From assembly GCA_043826455.1 (NCBI GenBank), contig JBDRQD010000046.1, positions 1 to 64,000 of the forward strand: a DNA stretch of 64,000 nucleotides. Reading direction: 5' to 3'. Below are positions 1 through 9,285 of the stretch, one piece after another (within the stretch, counting starts at the first letter, position 1; every line of letters starts with the position of its first letter). Source of the DNA: Candidatus Bathyarchaeota archaeon (GTDB lineage Archaea; Thermoproteota; Bathyarchaeia; TCS64). The position numbers and the translations under genes were made by a program. The notes under the pieces were generated by a model, which saw only the letters and a list, made by a program, of their open reading frames with translations, was not told where the DNA came from and did not search any database.

Positions 1-36
1 TTTTAGTCACTCGGGGCACCCACCCACGACGACGCA

Positions 37-285
37 CATGAGGCTCGGGCCACATATGAAAAAACGTAGGAGGGCACCCCATTTAGCACAAAAAAACCCC
101 AGAAACACAGCCCACAGCACCTCAAACCCCCGAAAAAGCAGCACCCCACAACGAACACCGCCACCCACCACCACCGCCAAACAACCCCGGAAAACCCTCA
201 GAACACGAAAACAAACCAGAAAACAGGGAACCGCGGTGGCGGTGAAGGGACCCCCCCCCTCCCCCCCACGCACACACACGGACAC
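37..285 (+). repeat. Dispersed element copy E1 (motif D at 53-78; inverted arms 166-177 and 233-244; C-tract/(CA)n tail); probably continues off the window start
   Basis: 156-280 aligns with the reverse complements of 3957-4085 and 60823-60940; 37-130 aligns with 26062-26160. Confidence 0.9.
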
Positions 286-325
286 CCCAGATAAACCCAA
301 ATACCCCCAAACCACAACACACCCA

Positions 326-619
326 ATGACCATCCCAGGCCCCAAACGCAGAAAACTCAAAGCCCAAGCCCACCACCTAAACCCCACCATCCAGATAGGC
401 AAAGAAGGAGTCACCCCCGCCCAAATAGAAACCATAAGACGCCAACTAGACCACCACGAACTCATCAAAATCAAGTTCATCGAACACAAACAACAGCGCA
501 GAGAACTATCCACCCACATCGCCCAACAAACCGACTCAGAAGCCATAGACCTCATAGGAAACACCCTCATCCTCTACAAACAGAACCCAGACCCAACAAA
601 ACGCAAAATAGAAGCCTAA
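326..619 (+). CDS. yhbY: YhbY/CRS1 family RNA-binding protein
   Basis: LKAQAHHLNPTIQIGKEGVT...HELIKIKF...IGNTLILYK; start placed at ATG 326, upstream ORF extension is repeat-derived. Confidence 0.9.
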   Translation: MTIPGPKRRKLKAQAHHLNPTIQIGKEGVTPAQIETIRRQLDHHELIKIKFIEHKQQRRELSTHIAQQTDSEAIDLIGNTLILYKQNPDPTKRKIEA

Positions 620-670
620 ACTCTACGCCCCAAAACAAGTCTTATAAGACAACATCCAGCAGTTCGCATC

Positions 671-1141
671 ATGGCACTCGACCCCACCGACACCGCCATC
701 CTCAGAGCCCTCCAGCAGGACGCCCGAACCAAGTACAGCACCATAGCAGAGGAACGCGGCGTCAGCGTGGACACCATCATCAAACGCTTCAAAAAACTCC
801 AACAACAAGGAATAGTCAAACACACAACCCTCCTCCTCGACCCCCGCAAACTCGGCTACGAAATAATAGCCAACCTGGCCATAGCCGCCGAGCCCAGCTG
901 CATCACCGAAGTCGTAGGCTACCTCCAGAACCGGGAGGGCGTCCTCTTCGCCACCCACACCATGGGCCAGTACGACGTACTCGCCCTAGCCGCCACCCGC
1001 ACCATGAACGAGATGAACGCCCTCAAAGAAGCCATCCAGAGCCACACCAAGGTCACCGACGTCAAAGCCAGCATATGGGTAGACCAGTTCCTCCTATGCC
1101 CCCAGAACTTCGAACTAGAACCAAAGGAGAAGACACAATGA
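671..1141 (+). CDS. Lrp/AsnC family transcriptional regulator
   Basis: LDPTDTAILRALQQDAR HTH; C-terminal RAM domain (GQYDVL). Confidence 0.9.
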   Translation: MALDPTDTAILRALQQDARTKYSTIAEERGVSVDTIIKRFKKLQQQGIVKHTTLLLDPRKLGYEIIANLAIAAEPSCITEVVGYLQNREGVLFATHTMGQYDVLALAATRTMNEMNALKEAIQSHTKVTDVKASIWVDQFLLCPQNFELEPKEKTQ

Positions 1142-1590
1142 ACGAACTCGACAAAAAGATCATAGAAACCCTCACACAGGACGCCAGAACCAGCTTCAGA
1201 AGCATAGCCGCTGAGACAGACAAGTCCACCGACACCATCATCAACCACTACAAACAACTCACAGCCGAAGGCGTCATCAGAGGCAGCACCGTCGTCCTCG
1301 ACACCCAACACATCGGCTACGAAGGCACAGCAGCCTTCCACATAGACGTAACAACCACCGCAGGCCACACACCAGCCCAAGTCCTACAGACCCTCATACG
1401 GATGCCCAACATCATCGTCGCCACCAAGACCGTCGGCGAACACGACCTCCTAGCCCTCGCCGTCATCCACAGCATCCAACACTACACGGAGCTAGGCCGC
1501 CAGATCGCCGCCATACCCGGCGTCCGAAACATCTCATCCAACGTCTGGGCCGGAAACCAAGAGATATGCCCCAAGTACTTCATCATATAG
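1138..1590 (+). CDS. Lrp/AsnC family transcriptional regulator (tandem paralog)
   Basis: MNELDKKIIETLTQDAR...GEHDLL; ATGA overlap with upstream paralog. Confidence 0.9.
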   Translation: MNELDKKIIETLTQDARTSFRSIAAETDKSTDTIINHYKQLTAEGVIRGSTVVLDTQHIGYEGTAAFHIDVTTTAGHTPAQVLQTLIRMPNIIVATKTVGEHDLLALAVIHSIQHYTELGRQIAAIPGVRNISSNVWAGNQEICPKYFII

Positions 1591-1617
1591 AGCCGTCAGC
1601 TGCCGCAGACACACAGA

Positions 1618-2229
1618 TCACTGTCTACGGGCAGACAGCACCCGGTACCCGCTGCCCCTAGACACCACCGTGTGCCCCCTAAAGTACCTGTCCAGGAACC
1701 CGGCCAGGGTCCTACCCCCCGTGTTACTCTGAACAACCAGCTGCAGCAGCCCCCCCGCCTCAAGGTGATCCACGGCCCCAGACACCAGAGGCTCCACCAC
1801 CTTCCTCATCCCCGCCGAGATGGGCGGATTAGAGACGATGGTCGAGAAGACCCGGCCCCCCACAGGCCCGTACAGGTCCCCGGTGAGCACCTCCACGTTA
1901 CCCACCCCCATCCTCCGGACGTTCACCCCGGCCAGCATGGTGGCCCGACTGTTCACGTCCGTCAACGTAACCCTGAGACCCGGCTCCGTCACCGCCGCCA
2001 CTAATCCGATGACGCCGATGCCGCAGCCCATGTCCAGGAGGCCGCCCTCCGCCGGCACCCACATGGACTCCACCAGCAGCCTGGTGCCGTTGTCAATCCT
2101 CTTGTGGCTGAAGACCCCGGTGGCCGTCATGAACCTGTATCGGCGGCCCCTGAGAATCGCCTCTATGATCCCCTTCTCCATCCTGGACCCAGGCTCAGAC
2201 GAGAAGTAGTGGCTCGCCACCGCTACCAC
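1618..2229 (-). CDS. Class I SAM-dependent methyltransferase (RsmC/MTS-like)
   Basis: GVFSHKRIDNGT, LLDMGCGIG, SNPP motifs. Confidence 0.85.
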   Translation of the reverse strand: MVAVASHYFSSEPGSRMEKGIIEAILRGRRYRFMTATGVFSHKRIDNGTRLLVESMWVPAEGGLLDMGCGIGVIGLVAAVTEPGLRVTLTDVNSRATMLAGVNVRRMGVGNVEVLTGDLYGPVGGRVFSTIVSNPPISAGMRKVVEPLVSGAVDHLEAGGLLQLVVQSNTGGRTLAGFLDRYFRGHTVVSRGSGYRVLSARRQ

Positions 2230-3203
2230 GTCTTAGGGTAGACACCCATGGGCATGATCACCCTGACGGCGGACGCCACGATGCCGTGTTCCTCGGCCTG
2301 GATCTTGCCGCTGCTCATCTCGGCCTTCATCAGCGCCACGGACTCCCCCTTCTGAGTCATGACCGCCACCATGTCGCCCACCTCGATCCCGGTCTCGTAA
2401 CGCACCACCCCCGGCACCGCCAGCTGAGCCCCGTTGCAGACGGCCTCAACAGCCGAGTCCCTTATCCACACCTTGGGGAGCAGCCGCAGGCCATCCTCCA
2501 CCGGCCTGATGATCCTCCTAAGAGGTCCCTCGTCCCCCTCGTCTCTCCTGTCGAGGGCGTCCGTGAGGTCGTACATGGTGAAGACCTCCTCCTCCGTGAA
2601 GGGTCCGGCCCGTGTCCTCCTCAGCTCCTGCATGTGGGCGCCGCAGCCCAGCACCTCACCCACGTCGAAGCAGAGCTTCCGTATGTAGGTGCCGCTCTGG
2701 CAGGCCACCCTGAACAGCCAGTTCCTGCCGTCGCCCTCGTAGAAGTCCACTTGGTATATCCACCGGGTCCTGAGGCGGCGGCTCACGCTGCTCCTGAGGG
2801 GCGGCCTCTGGAAGATCTCGCCGGTGAACAGGTCCAGGGCCTCGCGCACCCGTCTCTCAGACACATCCTCGTGGGTCCTCATGACGCAGACGTACTCCTT
2901 GCCGGACTCTAGGAGGGCCTGCACTACCTTGGTGCTGTCCTGCAGCGTCACGGGCAGCACCCCGGTGACCTTGGGGTCTAGGGTTCCGCCGTGGCCTACT
3001 TTATCCAGTTCTAGGAGTTTCTTCACCCAGCTGGCTACTTCGTGGCTGGTGGGTCCGGGCACCTTGTCTATCACCACTAGGCCGAACCTGATGTATTGGG
3101 GTAGAGGTCTCTGGTCTGGGGTGCACCCGTAGTTGGGGTTGGTTGTGTCATCGACTTTGACGCGGGTCTCTCTGGCTGTCTCCCAGGCGGGCCTCTTCTG
3201 CAT
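2223..3203 (-). CDS. cbf5: H/ACA RNA-guided pseudouridine synthase Cbf5 (TruB family)
   Basis: DKVPGPTSHEV, GHGGTLDPKVTG, GTYIRKLC, C-terminal PUA domain. Confidence 0.97.
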   Translation of the reverse strand: MQKRPAWETARETRVKVDDTTNPNYGCTPDQRPLPQYIRFGLVVIDKVPGPTSHEVASWVKKLLELDKVGHGGTLDPKVTGVLPVTLQDSTKVVQALLESGKEYVCVMRTHEDVSERRVREALDLFTGEIFQRPPLRSSVSRRLRTRWIYQVDFYEGDGRNWLFRVACQSGTYIRKLCFDVGEVLGCGAHMQELRRTRAGPFTEEEVFTMYDLTDALDRRDEGDEGPLRRIIRPVEDGLRLLPKVWIRDSAVEAVCNGAQLAVPGVVRYETGIEVGDMVAVMTQKGESVALMKAEMSSGKIQAEEHGIVASAVRVIMPMGVYPKTW

Positions 3204-3276
3204 GGGTATCCATCAACGACTTGGTGACTATAAAGTATAGCTCTTTATACTCAGGAGATCCTCCGACAATTAGGCC

Positions 3277-3951
3277 ATGGCTAAGGCTGTCCTCTTCGAC
3301 CTGGGCAACACCCTGGTGAGCTACTACCAGAGGCATGAGTTCCCCGGGATACTTGAGGAGGCCGTCAACGGCTGCGTGGAGCACCTGCGTGACGCCGGCA
3401 TTGGGTTCCGTGAGGAGGGTCTCTGGGACAGGGTCAAGGAGCAGGATCATGGTTCCCCTGATAACAGGGTTTATCCTCTGGGGTTGCGGCTGGCAGCTAT
3501 ATTTGGTTTGGACGACCAGGTGACCATTGACGGGTTGTGCCGGGTGTTCATGGAGCCTATTTTCGTGCGGGGTAGGCTTTACAGTGATGTGAAGCCTGCC
3601 TTGAGAGCTCTTAGGGCGGGTGGTGTGAAGACGGCTATTGTTTCTAATACGCCTTGGGGTAGTTCTGCTGGTTTGTGGAGGTTGGAGTTGGAGCGGTTGG
3701 GGTTGGCGAGGTTGGTGGATGAGGCTGTGTTTTGTGGTGATGTGGGTTGGAGGAAGCCGGATCCCCGTGTCTTCCAATACGCCTTGAGCAGGATCGGTGT
3801 CGAGGCTGGGGATTGTTTGTTTGTGGGTGATGATCCGAGGTGGGATGTGGTGGGGGCTGTGGGGGTGGGTATGAGGGCGGTGCTGGTGGATAGGACGGGG
3901 GAGGACCCTGATGCCCTGCACGGTCTCGGTGGGCTTCTGGGGCTTCTTTAG
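3277..3951 (+). CDS. HAD-superfamily hydrolase
   Basis: FDLGNTL, VSN, KPDPRVF, VGDD motifs. Confidence 0.9.
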   Translation: MAKAVLFDLGNTLVSYYQRHEFPGILEEAVNGCVEHLRDAGIGFREEGLWDRVKEQDHGSPDNRVYPLGLRLAAIFGLDDQVTIDGLCRVFMEPIFVRGRLYSDVKPALRALRAGGVKTAIVSNTPWGSSAGLWRLELERLGLARLVDEAVFCGDVGWRKPDPRVFQYALSRIGVEAGDCLFVGDDPRWDVVGAVGVGMRAVLVDRTGEDPDALHGLGGLLGLL

Positions 3952-3954
3952 GCT

Positions 3955-4090
3955 GTTTGTGTGTGTGCGTGTGGGGGGGGAGGGGGGGGTCTCTTCACCG
4001 CCACCGCGGTTCCCTGTTTTCGGGGTTGTTTTCTTGTTCTGAGGCTTTTTCTGGGTTGTTTGGCGGTGGTGGTGGTTGGCGGTGGTCGCC
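3955..4090 (-). repeat. Dispersed element copy E2 (arms 3996-4007 and 4063-4074; G-tract 3973-3989)
   Basis: Near-identical reverse complement of 156-280. Confidence 0.92.
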
Positions 4091-4260
4091 GCGGTTTTGT
4101 GTTTGGTGTGTGTGTTCTTTCTTGGTGTGGTTCTCTGCGGGAAAGCCGTGGTAGGTAGATTAAAGGAATTACTTTTTTGATGGGGGTTTATCGTCAACAG
4201 GCCTGGGTGTTGAGTCTTGCGCCTTTGTCATGTTTATTTATTAGGTTTAGCTTGAATTAA

Positions 4261-4557
4261 TTGATGGTTCAGGTTTGTCCTTTTTGTAGGAAACAGATCG
4301 CGGATGAGGATATGGTTTGCCCTTACTGTGGTGATCTCTTGATTTACGAGTATCCGAAGCAGGTAGCGTCTGAGAGAAACGCTGTGTTGTTTCCCGTTGG
4401 GTTTATGCTTCTAATTGGTGCTATTTTGTATGGGGTGTTTCAGTCAGAGTTCAGTGGTGTTATGCGTGGATTGTTTTTCGTCTTCTGGTTGTCTGGGTTC
4501 GTAGTCTTTTGTGTGTACGTTGGTAAAGGGGACAGGGATTTCTGGTGGGGAAGATAA
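4261..4557 (+). CDS. Zinc-ribbon membrane protein
   Basis: CPFC...CPYC followed by two hydrophobic helices. Confidence 0.75.
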   Translation: MMVQVCPFCRKQIADEDMVCPYCGDLLIYEYPKQVASERNAVLFPVGFMLLIGAILYGVFQSEFSGVMRGLFFVFWLSGFVVFCVYVGKGDRDFWWGR

Positions 4558-4673
4558 ATCCAGCCATATAGTGAAAACGTGCGCGTTTAACACAAACCAC
4601 TCTCCCGAGTGTTTGAATTAGTCAATTTATTATCAAGTCGTGGCGAATCGGCGCGCGCACCTAGGCCCCATTA

Positions 4674-4688
4674 TCCTCCGGGCTACCA
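4674..4688 (+). mobile_element. att-like remnant resembling the 3' end of archaeal tRNA-Gln (tcctccgggctacca)
   Basis: Resembles the CCCGGGCTACCA acceptor end; overlaps the 3' end of the integrase remnant; no upstream tRNA body. Confidence 0.5.
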
Positions 4689-5029
4689 CTGTCCATGCTC
4701 AGATATCTGCTACTTCTGAGCTTCTCTAACAGGGTTTTTCAGATAGTTTTCGACAGTATGGTGTATTCTTCTTCCTGTCTCTGCGTAGGATCAATGCTTG
4801 TTCTGTGTGGCTTCAATATAGCTTCCCGGCTCAACACCTCGCTAGGGTCCAAGCCCAATGCCATGGCAACGCCCCTCAGGGTCTCTATCTTGTTCATCTT
4901 GGTTTGTGGCCTGATGCTCAACCCTGCGTTACGATAGACTTCTCTGAGCTCCTCAACGTCTGTACTCTGCATATCGAGATACGTGTCCTGAATGTACCCC
5001 ATCATGCGCGACCACTTGTGTGTTATCAT
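4676..5029 (-). pseudogene. C-terminal remnant of a tyrosine recombinase/integrase
   Basis: MMGY...TY (degenerate H/Y catalytic region) then ELREVY..AGLSIRPQTK..KIE..GLDPSEVLSREA..PHRT; TGA at 4739-4741 interrupts a frame that continues KTLLEKL...SGSPE; N-terminus absent. Confidence 0.7.
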
Positions 5030-5068
5030 TTAAATTGATCCCTGTTTCAGACATTACATAATCTACAA

Positions 5069-5614
5069 ATGGAGAATCATACAATGGAAAGACCTTCAGT
5101 TTTTAAGGACCCCAACTTGTGGGGGGCATCGGTAATAATTCTTATCACAATCATTCTCTCGATAGCCACCTTTTTCCGTTGGTTCTCATTGCGTTTCCAA
5201 GTCGGTCCATTCTCTTTTACTCATTGGCTGGGTTGGATAGGGGCCCTGTTCATAGCATTTTACACGCCAATATACTATGTATTGAAGCGAAGAAACCCGA
5301 AACTAGTCAAAACACTCATCAAAATCCATGTATTTGGTAACCTACTTGGTGTCATGTTGATATCAATACACTACGCCCAACAGATGGGTAGGCCAGCAGA
5401 ATTCTATCCGGAGTTAGGAACAGGATTAACATTGTACATTGTAATGTTCATACTGGTAGCTACAGGTTTCCTTCACAGATTTGGGGTGTTAGATAAATTA
5501 GGGCGATATCGTATATTTCTGCCTCATCAAAATAGGTTTTTACATATTGCTATTACTTTGACTTTTTATATTGTTATACTTGTCCATATACTCCGAAACG
5601 TGGGTATTTTATAG
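5069..5614 (+). CDS. Multi-pass membrane protein with several in-membrane His (possible cytochrome b/ferric-reductase-like)
   Basis: About 5 hydrophobic segments; THWLG, KIHV, SIHY, FLHIA, LVHI; AT-rich. Confidence 0.6.
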   Translation: MENHTMERPSVFKDPNLWGASVIILITIILSIATFFRWFSLRFQVGPFSFTHWLGWIGALFIAFYTPIYYVLKRRNPKLVKTLIKIHVFGNLLGVMLISIHYAQQMGRPAEFYPELGTGLTLYIVMFILVATGFLHRFGVLDKLGRYRIFLPHQNRFLHIAITLTFYIVILVHILRNVGIL

Positions 5615-5665
5615 ACACCTTCATTTTTTTCTTGAAACCACTCAGATGCGCGCGCGTTAAACACT

Positions 5666-6484
5666 TTATTTCAAGTTAGCAGGTTGAGGATTTAGGTCTG
5701 TTATGGAGGATTTTATGGAATCAACTGTTTCCTTGTTCATCGTTACGATGCCCGCCTCCCATGTGATACCTGCGGTAGCATTTTGCTGGAAGTTCATCGA
5801 TGAAACAACCGCCAGTAAATCATCAATGATGACTATTTTTGCGTGTAAATTATTTTCATATAATATTTTTATCCCTTCCTTCAAAAGCCACTCGTGAAGC
5901 TTCTTCACATAAGGTCCACTAGAACTACGAGTTACTACCACAACAGTTCTACCATTTCTCCGTGCTGTGGTCAATAATTTTGTTGGCATACTCCGATCAA
6001 TAAACGGATTAACTACAATTATTGTGTTGAAAGCATGTGTGATGATATATTTAGTGAACGTGTCTAAGTAATGGCCTTCGAGGAAGAAATGCTCTTTTTC
6101 CAGTGAAATTTCAGGTTTTTCTAGTTTTACCCATGACTCAGTTGAAGTGATTATATCAGGATATTTTGGAGAAGGTTCTTCGTAATCATCGGGATATTCC
6201 CATTCCTCGGGAGGTTCAAGCCATTCATCCATATGTTCTTCAAAATATTCATAATCTGCCTCAAGTTCCGGACGTACTCTATATTTACCTGAATCTTCTA
6301 GAATAACATCGCCTTCTTGGATCAGTTCACCTAATAAAATATGAAGGTCAGTCCATTGATACAAAATGGTTTGGTTTAAAATTTTTTCTATTTCTTGAAA
6401 TGTTCTAGCCCCATGAAGAACAATCGCAGAAATAACTTCACCTTTCTCGGTAAACAGATGCTTGATCTCTTTTGGAGCCATCAA
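5666..6484 (-). CDS. Phospholipase D (HKD) superfamily protein, probable nuclease, with N-terminal wHTH-like domain
   Basis: LHAKIVIIDD...SSMN...EAG motif; AT-rich. Confidence 0.8.
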   Translation of the reverse strand: MMAPKEIKHLFTEKGEVISAIVLHGARTFQEIEKILNQTILYQWTDLHILLGELIQEGDVILEDSGKYRVRPELEADYEYFEEHMDEWLEPPEEWEYPDDYEEPSPKYPDIITSTESWVKLEKPEISLEKEHFFLEGHYLDTFTKYIITHAFNTIIVVNPFIDRSMPTKLLTTARRNGRTVVVVTRSSSGPYVKKLHEWLLKEGIKILYENNLHAKIVIIDDLLAVVSSMNFQQNATAGITWEAGIVTMNKETVDSIKSSITDLNPQPANLK

Positions 6485-6573
6485 AAGATAGTAGAGTATT
6501 CAAATTAAAAAATTATGCAAAGCGCTCGCAACACTTAAATAATTTATATTTTGGAAGTATTATATGAAAATTA

Positions 6574-7023
6574 ATGGACTTTATTACAGCATACATCATA
6601 TTTGTAATTCTTTTTATCTTCATTCTAGTTAAATTCGCAAAAAAGCCAACACACAAAACCTATGGCATCCAATCAATTACTAGTGACGGAAGAGAAGTAA
6701 AAAGCTATTCTGAAAAAATATTAGCAGATTACTTTCAAAATATAAATTTACGTTACCAGTATGAGCCAGGCTTAAATGACATATATGCAAATCCCGATTT
6801 CTACTTACCTGATTATGATGTATATGTTGAGTATTGGGGATTGCTTGAAGCAGACGATCCTTATGTCAAGCGTAACTATGAAAATCATATGAAACGTAAA
6901 ATGGCAATTTATTATGAAAATAAAATAAAATTCATTTCGATATACCCAAAAAACTTGGAAAACCTAGACTGGATTTTTAGAAAAAAATTTGAAAACGTAA
7001 CAGGTAAAAAACTACCTCACTAA
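6574..7023 (+). CDS. Membrane-anchored PD-(D/E)XK nuclease-like protein
   Basis: N-terminal TM; VKSYSEKILADY, PDFYL..YVEYWG. Confidence 0.7.
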   Translation: MDFITAYIIFVILFIFILVKFAKKPTHKTYGIQSITSDGREVKSYSEKILADYFQNINLRYQYEPGLNDIYANPDFYLPDYDVYVEYWGLLEADDPYVKRNYENHMKRKMAIYYENKIKFISIYPKNLENLDWIFRKKFENVTGKKLPH

Positions 7024-7331
7024 AATTATCCAACTATTAATCCGAGAATAATGCTTTATTGAACGTAAAATACTCTGATGAACGAATACTCCAAAACTCA
7101 AGATAAGATAATTTCACACTCCATGAATCATACTTACCGTTCACGTCAGCCCAGAAACCAACGAGAACCCATCTATATATTGTGTTTCCTTCAAGATCTA
7201 CCTGACCACGGGGCCCACTCTCCATCTCACAGACAAACAACTCACCGAACTGAAACCAGACTAGATCAGTACCTAGACCCCAGTATCCACCGGGCAACCA
7301 TTATATGAGGCACAGCCCCATGTAACCCATC

Positions 7332-8513
7332 TTGCTGAGTAAAACAGCCGTCAGACGCCTCATGCTCGATAAACAGGGTATAGGCCCCCACACCGGCTCA
7401 GCCGACAAGGAAGCCGTCTACAGGACCATAGACCGCCTGGGCTGCCTCCAGATCGACACCATCAACGTCGTCGAACGAGCCCAGTACCTCACCCTCTGGA
7501 CCAGACTAGACCAATACGACAAGAACAGCCTGGACACCCTAGCCTACCAGGACAGACGCCTCTTCGAGCACTGGGCCCACGCAGCCAGCTACATCCCCCT
7601 CAACGACTACAGGTACTACCTACAATCCATGCAGCAGAGAAGAGAGGAAGCAGAGCAGAGATTCAACCGCCGCACAGGCAAGGACCCAGAACTCATCAAC
7701 AGAGTACTAGACAGGATCAGAGACGAGGGCCCCCTGGGCTCCAGCGACTTCGAGGGCCCCAAACGGAAAGGCGGCTGGTGGAACTGGAAACCCGCCAAGC
7801 TAGCCCTGGAGCTCCTCCTCGGCGCAGGCATCCTCCAAGTCCACCACAGGAACAACTTCCAAAGATACTACGACCTCTCGGAGAACGTCCTGCCCCAATG
7901 GGTGAACACGGAGCCGCCCCCCGACGACGAACGGGTCAGGTTCTTCACCCTCAGAACCCTGGGCGCCCTGGGGGCCGTCAAACCCTCAGACATCAGGGAG
8001 TACTACCACCACTGGTCCGTCAAGCTGGGCCGCACCACCAAGCAGCTGGAGACCACCCTGGAGGAGCTGGTATCGGATGGCTCAGTCGAGAAGCACAGGA
8101 TCGAAGGTGAGAGGCCCAACTACTACGCCCTGGCCTCAGACTCCGCGGACGCCGAGCGACTATCCGACGACTGGGACCTAAACCAGGTGCGCCTCCTCAA
8201 CTACTTCGACAACCTCATGTGGAACCGGGGAAGAGTCCACACCCTCTTCGGGTTCCAGCCCAAGCTGGAGGTTTACCTCCCCGTAGATCAGAGAGTCTAC
8301 GGCTACTACCACCTACCGGTCCTACACGGAGACAGACTGGTGGCCCGCCTCGAACCCAAACTGGAGCGATCCGAGAGCAGCCTCAAGGTGAGAGGCTACT
8401 GGCTGGAGCCTGGCTTCAAACCCACCGAGGAGTACCAGGACAAACTGGAACAAAACCTGTGGTCCCTGGCCCGGCTCACGGGCGCGGACACCGTGACGTG
8501 GGCTACTTCTTAG
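7332..8513 (+). CDS. ycaQ: YcaQ/AlkZ family winged-helix DNA glycosylase (interstrand crosslink repair)
   Basis: LQIDTINVVERAQYL (QxD motif), FEHWAH, RVYGYYHLPVL. Confidence 0.88.
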   Translation: MLSKTAVRRLMLDKQGIGPHTGSADKEAVYRTIDRLGCLQIDTINVVERAQYLTLWTRLDQYDKNSLDTLAYQDRRLFEHWAHAASYIPLNDYRYYLQSMQQRREEAEQRFNRRTGKDPELINRVLDRIRDEGPLGSSDFEGPKRKGGWWNWKPAKLALELLLGAGILQVHHRNNFQRYYDLSENVLPQWVNTEPPPDDERVRFFTLRTLGALGAVKPSDIREYYHHWSVKLGRTTKQLETTLEELVSDGSVEKHRIEGERPNYYALASDSADAERLSDDWDLNQVRLLNYFDNLMWNRGRVHTLFGFQPKLEVYLPVDQRVYGYYHLPVLHGDRLVARLEPKLERSESSLKVRGYWLEPGFKPTEEYQDKLEQNLWSLARLTGADTVTWATS

Positions 8514-9285
8514 GCCAGCCCGTGACCTGAGTCTTGAGAGGCGGCTCACCCTTCACCTTACCCAGGACATCCATGGCCAGCTCCACGTTATCCTTAGGAC
8601 CCTCCAGGAGAAAGACCTTACAGCCCTCGGCACCATCAATGCCACCAGCTGCAATAGGAACAACGTCCACCCCGAAGAGAAGCCTCATGGCCTCCATCTC
8701 AGTGATGACCTGACCGTGAACCACAATGATGCCACACTTCCAGCCCATGCAGCGGTCGATGACCTCCGTGCCCATCATGCTCTGCAAAGCATCCAAGGGG
8801 CCCGGCACCAGCTTCTCCAAGCCGGCCGGTATTATGAGCTGAATCCCGTTCCTCACTATGTAGCCCCACGCCGTCCCTATGGTGCCCCCGCCGGCCCCCG
8901 CCAATAGTATCCCTGCGGCGCCGAAAGAGTCGATGGCGTTGGCACCCTTGATGAACACATCGTCCGGCCCCATCCTAGACAGATAGGGCACGAGCTCACC
9001 CGTGTTGCACTCCTTAAGCTGCCCCTTCTCAAACACATAGTGACTGTACCTGCCCTCCGTCTTGGTGATGTTGAGGCCCGTGGCCGTCACCACACCCGCG
9101 GTGAACATGCCCTTGTCGGGTATCTTCTTATCCATGAGCTCCTCGGCCACGTAGGCCGTGGTGGTGCTGGTGGCTAAGATTAGGATGCCCTCCTGGTACG
9201 CCTTCTGCACCGGCTCCATGCAACTGATGGCCTTGGCTATGAGCCGCTTGCCCTCGGCGGGGGTGAGAACTACCTGTGCCTTCAT
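8503..9285 (-). CDS. Conserved hypothetical protein
   Basis: VLTPAEGKRLIAKA, FIKGANAID, GLEKLVP; coherent codon usage. Confidence 0.75.
   Translation of the reverse strand: MKAQVVLTPAEGKRLIAKAISCMEPVQKAYQEGILILATSTTTAYVAEELMDKKIPDKGMFTAGVVTATGLNITKTEGRYSHYVFEKGQLKECNTGELVPYLSRMGPDDVFIKGANAIDSFGAAGILLAGAGGGTIGTAWGYIVRNGIQLIIPAGLEKLVPGPLDALQSMMGTEVIDRCMGWKCGIIVVHGQVITEMEAMRLLFGVDVVPIAAGGIDGAEGCKVFLLEGPKDNVELAMDVLGKVKGEPPLKTQVTGWPKK

Noticed and set aside
7..570. ORFs overlapping element copies (7-570, 3148-4197, 3957-4158, 60749-61127) that resemble each other
   Set aside because: Low-complexity translations of the skewed repeat; stop codons are depleted by composition and no frame is consistent between copies.
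4620..4690. Intact tRNA gene
   Set aside because: Only an acceptor-end-like 15-mer; no T-loop TTCGA, D arm or anticodon arm.
4560..5665. Integron attC array
   Set aside because: GTTAAAC/GTTTAAC cores are present, but no paired R''/R' with L boxes and no IntI-type integrase.
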